From NCBI GenBank assembly GCA_051453625.1, contig JBOZIK010000001.1:12106932-12145431 (forward strand): a stretch of DNA of 38,500 nucleotides, written 5' to 3'. Source of the stretch: Welwitschia mirabilis (Eukaryota). The notes beneath the pieces were generated by a model. It had not been told where the DNA came from. It searched no databases and saw only the letters and a list, made by a program, of their open reading frames with translations. Within the stretch, counting starts at the first letter, position 1, and every line of letters starts with the position of its first letter. Below, one piece after another: positions 1-13,300 of this stretch. The position numbers and the translations under genes are program-made.

Positions 1-1930
1 TAGAAACTGAGCATTTATCTGTTAGTTTATTTGCAAAACAACTCAAAATACCCTATCAAATACACTTAATTTAGCGTCGCAACAGTTAGGATTTCCAATT
101 TCTATAAAAAATGGTTAAAATTTTTGAAATATGGGGAATAACTATGTTTCTTTTGTTTCAAGTAAATCAATCAATTATTTTAATTTTTATTTTGTAAGTA
201 TCTAATTAAGTATTATCCAATTTATGATTATGTATTAGCTAGTTTATGGATTAATTAATAATTTTTATCTTATAAAAACTTAGTAATCAACCATGAAAAT
301 TCCTTTAGAAATTAACTATTTTATTATTAAGTAGCTTTATAACTAGCAAAAACTACTGACATCAATCTGTTATGTCATTTTCACTTGATTTTCATTAAAT
401 TTTTGATTTAATTCCTTAATTACATAAAATTGGTCATAAAAGTTCTTAAGTTATATCATTCACACATTGAAATTCTTTTAACAAATATAATTTTTCCATG
501 TTTAACCATTTTTTTATTAACTTTTTACTAAGGCACTAGCAAAATATTGGTCAAGGGTGTGTTAACATGTAAAAATGGACATTTATATCAAATGTTTTAG
601 GCCCATTTATTATAAATGAAGATATTAATTTAATTGTATTAATCCTAAAATATGTCTTCTATTATTTTGAAAATAAAATTTAACATTATGTCTTTTTCCA
701 TGATAATTGTATATCTTTAGCCATATTTGGAATAAATAATGGAATATGGACACTATTCTACATAAAACAATGGTGGTAATGGAGACATAAGGTAGTAACA
801 TGTAGCTATAGCATTGGAAGACATGTGGTAAAGATATGTAGAGGTGGCACTAGAGACATGTGGTAATAGCACTAGTTGGTAGAGGAATTTAGCTCTAAAG
901 GATATGTATTAAAGTCATTATGATGAAGATTTCACCTAATACTATATGATAATCTTTATCACATACTATAAAAAAACCTCTACCAAATGCTAAATGATAA
1001 AGATTATACCTAATGATAGAGGATATAATCGTATCTAGCTAACTCTACAAGACAACCTTTACCAAATGATACAAGATAGAGTATTATCTACCTAATACTA
1101 ATGTTGAATATTCTATTGAACATTATAAGCTAAGAGCTTTTAATCATTTCTTAGTTCTATCTCTTCCTATATGATGGCCTTGAACCCTTTATTATATTCA
1201 TCTTTACCTTGGACAAATTGTAGTACTTTAGAGCATCGACTTATGATGTTTTTCTAATTAACTCTTTGGGGAAGTGAACTAGTCTTTAAGGATTGCTTGA
1301 GGAGTTATTTTTGCTTCCTTCTTCTTTTACTATAAAGTTTTTCTTTCTATAATAAAAAGATTGTTTTCTTGTGACTTCATTCATGATTAAAATTATAATT
1401 GAAATTCTTAGATAAGTTCTTTAACTATCAAGTTCATTTTATTTGTGTAAATTCCTCTCTATTACTTAGTCTTTTAATTTCATATATTTTGAGTACTTTA
1501 GGATTTCTTACTTTATATAGTTATTTAAGACTAAGGTATTGATTGAATTCACTACTTGTGATATGACAAATGAGATTATGATCCATGAATTAGACTAAAA
1601 TCACTTCATGGTTTCTATTGTTTTGCAAAAAGATAATTGAATAACATTAGAGTGGAGGGTTACTTAGGATAATTTTGTATTCTCAAAGCTAGTTTTCTTT
1701 CTTATTTCTCTAAGATGAATTTCAACTTAACTTTAAAATCTCTTCTTATTTTTCCTTTCTTTTTGTAATTTTTTTAAAAGTTAAAGTGATGTAAATCTAA
1801 ACCAATACCCCATGTTATCCTTGAGGAATAATGATAGGTTAGTTTCCAACTTAGCTTAAATCTAGATATTGTACTATGATTAATACAAGTCTAATTTAGA
1901 GTTATTTAATAAAAACAAGTTATGCTTACA
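1..1930 (+). mobile_element. 3' part of an Athila-like Ty3/gypsy LTR retrotransposon (3' internal region plus 3' LTR)
   Basis: The motif 'ttactaaggcactagcaaaatattggtcaagggtg' lies directly before TGTTAACA at 560 and resembles the Athila-type pre-3'LTR/PPT motif. The block ends '...ttatgcttaCA' at 1930, where unrelated pol-coding sequence begins. Confidence 0.6.
560..1930 (+). repeat. 3' LTR (about 1.37 kb) of the Athila-like element
   Basis: TG...CA termini (tgttaaca...gcttaca), noncoding, and preceded by a PPT-like motif. No partner LTR is in the window to confirm it. Confidence 0.55.
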
Positions 1931-2738
1931 AATAAAATGTTCAATGATGGATGAAAGAGAAATCTCTAAAGTCCTATGATTTTAAAATCAAGAGTATGAA
2001 AAAGATTACCATATTATAAATTAAGTATAGAATTTTTTTATGATAATACTTCATACATTAGTTAAAAAACTCAAAAAGGACATGAGAAGAATCAACATTA
2101 AGATCAAAATTTTTTAAGTTAGAAGGAGTTAAACCTATACCTTTTTCATGTTGTCCTAATAATGCTTATAAAGAATCTTTCCTAAATAAGGATAAAAACA
2201 AATGAGAAATTATAGATTGAGTAGGATCATCATTAAAGATATGCTTTAAAAATATAATAGATAAATCTAACTCATTTGAAATCTCATCTTTAAAATCAAA
2301 AAGTGAGTCAAAAACAAGATAATAATGAGGACTAGAAATTTTTTGCTCATAAGAGAAGAAATTAAGATCACAAGAATCATCATCAAGGCTTATCACACAT
2401 TCAACTCCTTCAAGATCTTTAAGTTATTTAAGGGAATCAAAAATATTCAACTCAATAGTCATGTTGTTAATTGAAATTTCATGAGACCATTTATATAATT
2501 AATAAAGGACATTAGAAAAACTAAGAAAATTTCTACCCAAGGTTATTAAAATGGAATAACTTCTAATTTATTCTATCTCTAAAACTATGAAATCCACTAG
2601 GAATTAAAATTTTTTAACTTGAACTATGATATCCTCTAATATTTTTAAGGGTAATTTAAAAGAGTTATCAACCCACTATAACTAGATTCTTATACTCTTA
2701 ATATAGGTTAGGATAAGTTCTTTATAGACACAATGTTG
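1931..2738 (-). pseudogene. Fragment of an older Athila-like pol: C-terminal half of the aspartic protease and the linker toward RT
   Basis: The minus strand reads CVYKEL...VDNSFKLPLKILEDIIVQVKKF*FLVDFIVLE...ITLGRNFLSFSNV..INYINGLM..INNMTIELNIF. This matches the Athila pattern QLADRS.K.P.GI.EDVLVQVDKF.FPVDF.VL...IILGRPFLAT.NALINCRNG.M.LSFGNMT.ELNIF. Confidence 0.85.
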
Positions 2739-4148
2739 TGATGCATATTTGTACAAACATTACATCCTCAAATAGATCTTATAAATCACAAATATATATA
2801 GATTTCGTATAACACAATACACTAAAATAGATGGGAGTGATCCAAATATCATAATCTTGTTGAAGGTGCAGGCGAGAAGAAAAAGAATTAATTTCATAAA
2901 TGGAATATTATATCCTCAAAGTAGAATGAAATAAAAATGCAAAAATAATAATGCAAATAAACACACTATGCAAATGAAATACAATACTAAACTAAATGCA
3001 ACTTCTGTCTAATTACCAAATTATCCTGTCACAAAGGTTGGCCCTGTATAATCTAGATAAATTAAGAAAATCCATCACTAGATCAAAACCAATCAAAACT
3101 ATTAGGTGTGTTAAATAGAAAATAAAAATAATGCAGAGTTAATCTAGGAAATGAAATGCAATGCACCTAAACTAATAACATCAATATTAATAAAGATTGT
3201 TGTTATGATCTATAGCATCAAAGAAGATATCATGAACTCAGAGGTAATAAAAACCATAAGGGAGATGTACAAAATAAAAGACATGAAAAGAAAAATAGAG
3301 TTTTGATTAAAAGTGAACCAACATCCATGTTATTAATAATCACGAGCTCAATAAAGAATACACAGCCCAACATCAAGGAAGACGTTTCTTCATAAAACAA
3401 TAGATGGACCTCTAGCTCTTCAATCTTCTTTCGTAAGAATTTTTAATGTGAATGAGATGAAAATAAAGTCAAAGGCAGAGCATATATTTCTTACAAACAG
3501 ACTCCAAAATCAAAAAAAACTAATAAACATGCAAATAATCCTAACAACTATGCAAGAAAGTGTAAGATAAATGGTCAAAATTTGTTAAATTTTGGTAAAG
3601 TGTCTATCTTAGGTATCATCCTATTCGACATTTAGACATCATAGGAGATGATGACACATCATAATAGTTTCATATCAACTACTAGATTTGGTCTAGTAAG
3701 TATCCTTCTTTACTTAAGTATTTCTATCATCCATACAATCATCCAGATAATAAGATGAACAANNNNNNNNNNNNNNNNNNNNNNNNNNNNNNNNNNNNNN
3801 NNNNNNNNNNNNNNNNNNNNNNNNNNNNNNNNNNNNNNNNNNNNNNNNNNNNNNNNNNNNNNTTGGTTTAGTAAGTATCCTTCTTTACTTAAGTGTTTCT
3901 ATCATCCATACAATCATCCAGATAATAAGATGAACAATAGGATTTTCTAAAGTATTTCAAGTATTATATTATCCTTTTTAATTGCATGACTATTGTTTCA
4001 TATAGGAAGTATTATAAATTGCTTTAAATGTTATCAAATGTAATAAATATTGTATGTTTCCATGACATTTACCTTAGCTCTCCACTATCATTAAAACTTA
4101 GCATAAATCTGTTTAATGTCCTATAAAACTACTCAAAATATTCTATCA
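2739..4148 (-). repeat. 3' LTR of the minus-strand Athila-like element (contains a 100-N gap)
   Basis: On the minus strand it starts TGATAGAA right after the purine tract and ends ...tatgcatCA exactly where the older protease frame resumes. Confidence 0.7.
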
Positions 4149-4168
4149 AATTCCCCTACTTATCCTTG
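4149..4168 (-). promoter_or_regulatory. Polypurine tract
   Basis: Minus-strand 'caaggataagtaggggaatt' immediately precedes the TG of the LTR. Confidence 0.6.
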
Positions 4169-4629
4169 TCATTCCCTAATAAAACTAGGAGAACAATCAT
4201 AACTGTAAGTCAAATTAGCTAATAATAAATCAATTAGATAGCTATGAAATAAAATTTAAAAGATTTTCAAGAATATTAAAATGCAAAACTTAAAAGTCAA
4301 AAATAGATAACTAAATGTTTCACTTATGTAATACAACTGGACATATAGTCATCTTGGTGATCCTCCAAATAATGAAGGCTATGATAAGCTGAAATATTCT
4401 TAAAAAATAGAAGCCTATAAAAAATAGCCCCACACTAAAATGTACAGTAGATAAAAGATATAAATTTATATAACATAGATGATCCTCATCATGAAGTGTG
4501 ATATAAAAATATGCATAAAATTTAGTAATAAAAATATTTACCATGATGATACTCAACAAATAAGTCTATATATAAAGTATGAGTTTATACAATACATGGA
4601 TAGGAGGATATAAAAATGTAATAATAAAA

Positions 4630-5886
4630 AGTCACTCCCCTTATCTAATCATGATGAACTCCTAGTGGATAACAAGCTTAGGTGCAAGAGGAGAAGAGGG
4701 AGGGTGCTTAGGATTTATAAGAAAATGATGGCTAAGAGATGTCATAATCGTCCACGCCATCTCATCTTCCTATACTTGAATAGTCTCTGAGAGGTTTACC
4801 ATCACACTATGCTCTTTCCATAACATGTGTTGTCACACATCTATTAGCTACTTCTTAGTATGCTACACTCTTCTCTCAACTATCTGTATCCTTTACTCTA
4901 ATGTATAGATACCTCGATCTATAATCCCTATTATGGTCTTAGTAGTATCCATCAGGAGGGCTTGAATCTACTCCATAAAAGCACTAATCACAAGTATTTA
5001 TACCTAAGGTCTCTCTGCCTCTCCTGGTACCTAGATATCCATGTCTTACAGGCAATGAGCTAAAGTTTTTATATGCATAAATCACTGCTCATCTAGAGAC
5101 TCTAACGTGTGAAAGCATTTAAACATGACTAAGAGGAAGAACCAATATCCTAGAGTCTAAATTTGACATGCCTCTACCATAGACTTGAGTCTCCTCTAGA
5201 TAAATGTAGGTAGTCCATCTACTCATTCTACCTAAATAATACCAAAATCTGTAGACATACCATCATAGCATGACTATCATGACAAGATGAATTGATGTTA
5301 TAAATTAGTCCTCTATGTAAAATCCAATAGATAGGAGTCAACTGTGTTACCAAAACCCCCACCTATCTAGAGTAAGATCTATTGATATATCTAGTACTAC
5401 ATTGTCCATAGGGTACTCCCTTATCCTGCTAGTTGAATGTATGTAAATGTTCTCAATACCATTAAGATATATCATTGTTGCAAGGTGTTCTGGAAGGATG
5501 GTGATCTCATGGTCCTAAATTATAACTACAATTATATCCATAAACCGACCATGGACATCGAGACAACACTTTATATGCATTATGTCATAAAAATCCCTAG
5601 TTTCAAATACATTGTATGCCCCCTGTGCATTTGATATCCACCAGAGTTGTAAGTTTATAAGTTGCTAGTCTACCTCACGCTCCATATGGCTTATAAAATC
5701 ACTAAAGTACCTCTTGATATAAATGGCTATAATCTGAATAGTTAATGATCGAGCATGTTAAAGTGGAAAATGGACTAACTCTACTCGCTCGATATCTGGT
5801 GGTGTCAATGAGTCCATCTTTTATTCAACAGCCTCAACCTCAGTCTTAGCTTGTCTTACTCTATGTCACATGGCCTTCTCAATCAT
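4630..5886 (-). pseudogene. Athila extra ORF (ORF2/'env-like'; putative plant transposon protein, Transposase_32-like)
   Basis: One frame from ATG 5886, read through point stops: AYNVFETRDFYDIM...DHEITILPEHLATMIYL...LVTQLTPIYWILHRGLIYNINSSCHDSH...LQILVLFR*NE*MDY. These resemble the family motifs Y..LVREFYAN, I.ITP..LA.IL and L.P..R.LH..I..N..P..H.S. The 3' end is approximate. Confidence 0.65.
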
Positions 5887-8109
5887 AAATACACAATATG
5901 TCATGTAATACTAGGTGAATATAACTAAAATACATTGTTTGGATACTCGAAATGACCTTATAAACTAGTTTAAAATGTGTAAAAATTGTGAGAATATGTC
6001 TTGGCATCCTTTAAAAGTGTTAATACATCTAGTATTACCTAGTCAAGCAAAAAAAATGTGAAACATGTGAAAAAATTGAAACATATATTTTAGGTGAACC
6101 CCACGTAAAGTAAAAAATGAAAGTGCTCAAAAAAAAAATCTAATCAATTAGAAACATAGAGCGCATCATACTAATCAATTTTCTCTAAATGTTCATGATG
6201 TTTTAATTTACAGTTTACAAGAAAATAAGGTTTAAAGTGAAAAGCCTAATTCTACCTTATAAAGAACATAATTTGTCATAACTTGCAAAATATGAAGTGG
6301 AAATTGGATCCATAAGTTCCTAATTGAATAGATCCAAAAACTAAATAACATATGTGGAAACTATACATTAAAAGAGTATAAAATAGGAGAAAAAATTGAA
6401 AAAAAGAGGGAGAGAAAAACTTATCTCATTTTGAAGAATTTACTAAAATCTAAAAATCTAGGGGATGATTTTGACTAGGGTAAGTTTTACCACATTGGCA
6501 GAAATAAGGGGTACTATTGGTTTTTAATAAAATAGGTAAAAATTTTAGATAATGAAAGAAAAATAAGGCAAAAGAAGTCATACCATGGTTTTATTACACT
6601 GTCATTCGGTCACATCATTTAGATGATAACCCTAGGATAACTGTCAGAAAAAATCCTAGTTGGAAGATGAGACTTTAAATAATTTCAAAAAATTTGAGAT
6701 ATTAACCAAATAAATTAGCTCATATATCATTGTTAAGATATCAAAATGTATCAAAAAGCTTGAAAAATTTAGAATGATGAAGAGTCATGACAAATGAATA
6801 TGAGGATAAAAACGCAAAAGAATTGAAAGATAAGATGATAAAAATAGCCTAAGTAGGATGAAAGCTATCAAAAAAAACTGAAAAAATGTGCCCAAACTGA
6901 TAAATATCCTAAACACATGTAGAAATCCATAATACTCAAAGGAAAATCTTAAAAATCATGAATAATAAGATATGATTGTTTGATTAAAATGCTAAAAGAA
7001 AATCAACCTATAGTTAAAATAAATGACATGAATAACAACAAGGAAACTATTGAATGATAAGGTCCTAGATGTGGATGAAAAAAAATACAAATGACTTTAA
7101 AATAATAAACTAAAAAAGTAAAGAAAATCAGAACAAAAATAAACATAATGAACATGGAAAAATAGCTTACCTTCCCTAAATTCTAACCTAGCAAACTCCC
7201 TTAGAAGACATCATGAAGTCACCTGAGTAAAAAATGTATGACAAAATATATCAACTCCATAAAGTTCCATTCAATAAGGTAGTAATATGATGACACCAAA
7301 GATTAAATGCTTAGAATAATGAATGATAAGATCAAAAGCTATTCAAAAGTGGACTCATTTTCTCATGCCCTAAGACACACTCAAATCCTCAAAAGTGAAA
7401 TGATCATGTGGGAATACTAAGAGTTTAGGAAACAATCAATGCTTCTAATAACATCAAAAACACCACTTACCCCATAGCCTTAAAGTTTAATTACTATTTC
7501 TCATGATGAGGGGAGTGTAGCCATAGTCAGAAAAGTAAGAACTTGTGAAGCATAGCCAATTGACTCCCCAGTGGAGTTCATATAGCTACCAATACTACCA
7601 AAGGTTCCTTTCAAAAAAATTTACCCCATTGTGGTAGGACATGATGATGAACATGTATTTTAGCATAGATACAATAAATCATAATCATCATATTATAATT
7701 ATTTTTTTAACATAAATAATTTCCACATGATCATACACTCAAAAAAGATAAAGTTAAATAAGTGAGATGAACACACCTAAATAGCCAAAAACCTCACATC
7801 ATTGAAAAAACAAAAGAACCAAATCATCTCCCTTCAAAATGGATTTTATAGATATGTGAATGTCTTAAGATTAGGTGAATTCAATCTTATCACTATAAAA
7901 ATACCCAAGTATGAATACTAGTCATGGAAAATTCATAAATCAAACACATAATCAAGTTTAAAAGAGGATTAAGTGACATCATAACATCAACCAAAGGAAT
8001 AGGCTAAGAGAGAATTTAGATAATGATAGGGTTGGAGTTCTTCTCATTGTGGAAAACCTCCAAAATAATTACTTCTATCATGTTTAAGGTTGTATCAAAA
8101 GTTTTTTAA

Positions 8110-9340
8110 TATATTTTCAACCTTTATCTATTAACTTTTTAAATCTTCTTAGTTTCTAAGTTAGAAACCTTAATAGAGCTATTAGAATGTACTTTTTCTA
8201 TAAAATAGAAACTTAACCATTTATGAGTCCACTTTTTATGTAGAAAATGTACTCTAGTATTATATAGAAGGACATGTGATTTGGTTCAAACTTTTTATGA
8301 AGTAACTTTCTATCATGTTTGAACTTAGCTTGGGCTTTGTGAATGAGTTAACAGTTGATAGCATGAGTACATTTTTCATTAAGATGATCAAGTTGGAATA
8401 ATTTGTATTTAAAATTATCATAAAGTTCTATCATATTNNNNNNNNNNNNNNNNNNNNNNNNNNNNNNNNNNNNNNNNNNNNNNNNNNNNNNNNNNNNNNN
8501 NNNNNNNNNNNNNNNNNNNNNNNNNNNNNNNNNNNNNNNNNNNNNNNNNNNNNNNNNNNNNNNNNNNNNNNNNNNNNNNNNNNNNNNNNNNNNNNNNNNN
8601 NNNNNNNNNNNNNNNNNNNNNNNNNNNNNNNNNNNNNNNNNNNNNNNNNNNNNNNNNNNNNNNNNNNNNNNNNNNNNNNNNNNNNNNNNNNNNNNNNNNN
8701 NNNNNNNNNNNGAAGTTTTCTAAAAATTTGATTAATAAAATAAGGTCCTCGATCACTATGATAATCGTAGAAAAACCAAAACATTGAAAAACATGAGTTA
8801 TAAGAAAATTACAAATAGGTTGAACATCATTCATAGAAGTTGAAATCTCTTTAAACCATTTAGTAACATAATCAAGAGCCACTAAAATATAGTTCTTCTC
8901 ATCAGAAGGTGATTTAATAGGGCTTATAAAATTAATTCCCCAATAATCAAAAAGATCACATTCAAAAATAAGTTTAAAGAGCATCTCTTGAAAACGAACA
9001 AGGCTATTGTAATATTGATAAGCATCACACCTTATAGCAAAATTAAAAGAATCCTAAAAACGACTAGGCTAATAAAAATCAGAGTGAAGGATTTTCATAG
9101 TTATTTTTTATCCAGGAAAATAATCTCCACAAATACCACCATAGCAAAGATGAAGGATTTCTAATTTTTCTTATTCGAGCACACATTTCTACATGATTTG
9201 GTCTTTGCACCTCTGGCAAAGATGTGGCTCGATCCATTTATAATTACCTATTCTATCGAGAAAGGATTGTATTTAATTGTAAGTTTAATTTTATGGTGTT
9301 TTCATGGTAATAAGATAATTAATAATGTTAGCATACCAAA
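8110..9340 (-). pseudogene. Athila-like integrase (zinc-binding, rve core and C-terminal regions), degenerate and split by an N gap
   Basis: Motifs in order: WYANIINYLIT; WIEPHLCQRCKDQIM*KCV...LHLCYGGICG...ILHSDFY*PS..CDAYQ; LFDYWGINFISP...YILVALDYVTKW; HSDRGPYFIN; LYNTRVHFLHKKWTHKW...KVNR*RLKIY. Confidence 0.9.
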
Positions 9341-10329
9341 AGATAAATGTATAAATGTCCTATCACAATACAAAATACTTTTATATCTAAAAGATAAATG
9401 CAGTAACATAAAATAGGGAAGCTTTACACAAACCACTTTTATACCTATCATAGAATAATTCTATATAGTAAGAGTATCAAGTAAAGATGTGTTGTTAATT
9501 AGTATTATAAGCCAGAAATAAAGCATAACCATAAGATATAACATTAACATCTCTATAATGAGTACAACCTTCAATGGAAATGGACTTGTTTAAATATATT
9601 CTAATGATTCATTTAATAAATCTCAAGATTGATTAAAGACTCCAAGTCTTCTTAGCTTTCATAGCTTACTTTACAAGCATGAAAAGTAGGATTTTTAGTT
9701 CTAAATAACATCAAGTGATAGTAAATAAAGAACTAAGATTATTCTAGAACTTTCACTTGAAAATGATGGAAATGCTTAAAGAATTTTAGTTCTTATTAGG
9801 AACAAAAATATGAAAATCTACACAATTAATATTAATAAATCAAATTTAAAATGAAAATAAAACTTATTATATGAAATAAAAAAATTATACATCAAAGCAA
9901 GGTAGAAATCAATACAAAAAGATATAATGGATTATCTTAGAAACTAGACATAAGATGTGCTCTCATAATGTTCTATAGAATTTTCAATAAAGAAAAAATT
10001 GTAAGTGAGCCTAAAATAGCCTTTTATACATTAAAGCTAAGGTTAATATTAGGGTTTCTATAAATTAGCATAAAATTTAACTTGCTTTAATTTAATCACT
10101 AATAGGTCTAGATGACTGAGTAGTTAGAAATAACTTAGAATATAAGAATGAAGTTTGGAAGTTCAAGTAAACTAGCATCACCATTAGATCTATCATCAAC
10201 TTCTATTTTCTATGGAATCAAACCTCTAGCTTCTGTAACAATGCTCATAATTCTGCTAGAAACATGTAAAATAATAGTATGAAAGACAAACATTAGTAAA
10301 TCTTTATTTTAATAGTATTAATCATAATA

Positions 10330-13300
10330 AATTCATAAAAATGTGATAACAATATAATGTTCATGCTAACCTAGCTTGAATAATCTGATGTAAATCTAAA
10401 TTTTTGCATATTAATAACATATATCAATTCATTTAGTGTTCCATTTAAAAAGGCACTTTTTACATCTGTTTGATAGATTTTGAAATTTAAATAACAATCA
10501 ATGATAAGAAAAATGTGAGTAGAATTCATTCTAACTACAAGTGCAAATGTTTTATTAAAATTAATTCCTTTTATTTGAGTATACCCTTTATCAACTAGTT
10601 TAGCTCTTTTTCTTTGTAAATTCTTCTTAACATTCCCTTTTATTCCAATATCATTATGACATTTAGGTCTTGATATAAATTCTCTAACATTTTTTTCTTA
10701 AACTTTATTTAGTTATTTTACATTGTCAATCTTCAAATCTCATTATTTTTAGATTCTTTAAATTTTTTGGGTTCTAAATTAGAATCAAAGCACACATGTG
10801 TACATATAAAGCTTCTAATCTTTCTCTGAGGTTTTGGAACCTTTAAGAAGAGGATTTTGACGTAGATAGTTGAGAAGTTGATGTTTGGTTGTTTGATCTT
10901 ATTATATATAAAATCATATCAATCTTTACATGCACAACTTATTACTACACCTAAAGAATTATTAAATACTCTATAGGCCTTTTTAGTCTTAGAGTAATCT
11001 AGAAAACTATCCTTGATATCCTTTGCATCGAAGTTTTTAATGTTTTTTGAGTTCTTTAAAATGTATCTTCTAGGTCCAAATACCTCTAAGTTTGATACAT
11101 TTGATTTTTTACCTTTCCAAATTTCATAAGAATTATTCATAATTTCTAGTCCAGAAAATATTTTGTTGGAAATATAATAAGCTATGTTAAAGGATTTAGT
11201 CTAAAAACATTTTTCTTTATCCTTTTTATTGACTACTACATTTTGTTGGGGGATTCTAGGAACTTATTATTCATGAGTTATCCTTTTTTCATTATAAAAT
11301 TTTTCAAATCTCTCATTTTCAAATTCTCCTCCATGATTACTTTTGATTTTTTTAATGTTTACCTCAACTTCTTTTTTCAATATTTTACACAAGATTCCAA
11401 ATTTATATATTACATCATCATTGTATCTAAGAAATAGCAACTAAGAGAATATAGAAAGTCATCAATGACAATAAGCATATATTTCTTTTCTCTTAAACTT
11501 TCAATAGGAAAATTTCCAATTAGGTTGAGATGTAAGAGATTCAAGGTTCTTATCTTAGTTAACTTTGAAGAAACATTTCCTAGTCTACTTTTCTAGTCAA
11601 ATAAGCTGTATAAATTTCATCTTTGACTTTATGTATTTTAGGCATATCTTTTATCACTTCATGTTTAGCAATATTGTAGGTATTTTTGAAATTTACATGA
11701 TCCAAATGTTTATGCCATAATTTATAATAGGAAATTAATAAAGAAGAAGTTAAACATTTATGAGTGATATACTATTTAATGTAATAAAGATTTTCATCTT
11801 AACCACAGACAAGTGTAATATTTGCATTTCTATCTAGAATATAATATTTAGAAGTAGTAGATAAAACATACATATTTCTATTACAACTTTGACTCATTAT
11901 AAGGATATTGTGCTTTAATCTATTTACATATAAGACATTGTAAATCATTATAAAGTTCTTACCACTTATGATGTCAATTCATTCTATCGTTTCCTTTTCA
12001 TTGTCTTATCTCCAAAAGTGACAGATTCTTCATCACCTTTCTTCATGTTTATGAACTTGTTAGTATCATTTATTATGTTTCTAGGGCAACTACTATCAAA
12101 ATACTAGTGTATATTATTTATGATAGATCATGTAGTGTAAATAAGTATTTATTATGATTTCTTTCATCACTCTATGTAGTATCAACGTTTGTTTTCTTAA
12201 GAACAAATCTAAATTCAAAAATAAAATTAAATATAGAAAATGCATTATTGAATTTATAAACTAGGTTTTTTTCATATAAATAACCCATTAATTATTTCCT
12301 ATTTTCTTTGTGAAAATAAACATGATAAAAGTAGGATTAGAGTATGACCTTATTTGGAGGATTTGCTAAAGGTAGATTTATTATGAGTATCTTGTCTAAG
12401 GAACTTTGAATTCTATGAAATCTTAGAATAATATGATGTAAATCTTTAATTTTATCCAAGAAGCATTTAAATTTCTCTTCTCTATCTTCAACACCTTTTG
12501 AATGTATTTAATATTATTTTCATACTAAAGTGTGATTATGCTTAGATTTTCTTTTGTTTCAAGCAATGTAAGTTTTACTTAAATCTTTTCTTGTTTTACT
12601 TGACTTACATTTCTCTTTAATTTAACATTCTTTTTTAGAATCCATTTTATTTCTTCAAATAGTTATTCTATTAAGTTTTTATCCTAAATATTAACATCTT
12701 CATGTTGTAGGTTGAGTTGATCTTCTCTAGATTGCTTACTTTTTAGTTGTGAGAATCAATCTTTCTTATCATCACTTATTGTATTTTCATGTTCAATGAT
12801 TTTCTTATTACCATTAATTTCAACATTATTGTCACCTAAGGTATCATCATGTACCATGATTTTTTAACTCATTTAACATGAAGGAATCAAACAAGGCACT
12901 ATTTTTTAGCTTGAATAAAAATGAAAATTTATTAGATGTAAAAGAAATTTAGGGTAACCTCTTTTCTTAATGTGATTTACCATATGAATTTTTGTCACTA
13001 TTCCAAGTTATCATATTGTATTACTTATTGCTTTTCTTAATAATATTTTTATACCTTTTTTTGGGTACTCAACTACCACGTGTTCAAAACCTTAATCAGC
13101 ATAACATTGGGTACTCTATTTCTTTTTCTCTTATTTTCCTTTTGATCTAGGAAAGGTACTACCTTTCTTCTTATCACTTCATCTTTTTCTTTTTATAAAC
13201 ATATTCTTTAATCTTATGGTATATAATACAAGTTCATCATTAATATTAGAATTAGAATCATACTCAAATGAAGAAGAATAACCATTATTGTTATCTTTAT

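Larger units (their letters stand above)
2739..9400 (-). mobile_element. 5'-truncated Athila-like Ty3/gypsy element: integrase, long 3' region with an extra ORF, PPT and 3' LTR
   Basis: The minus-strand order is integrase (9340->8110), noncoding region, extra ORF (5886->~4630), PPT (4165->4149) and LTR (4148->2739). This is the Athila layout. Confidence 0.8.

Noticed and set aside
560..1930. Solo LTR
   Set aside because: The flanks (gggtg versus aataa) are not a TSD, and an internal PPT-like motif precedes it.
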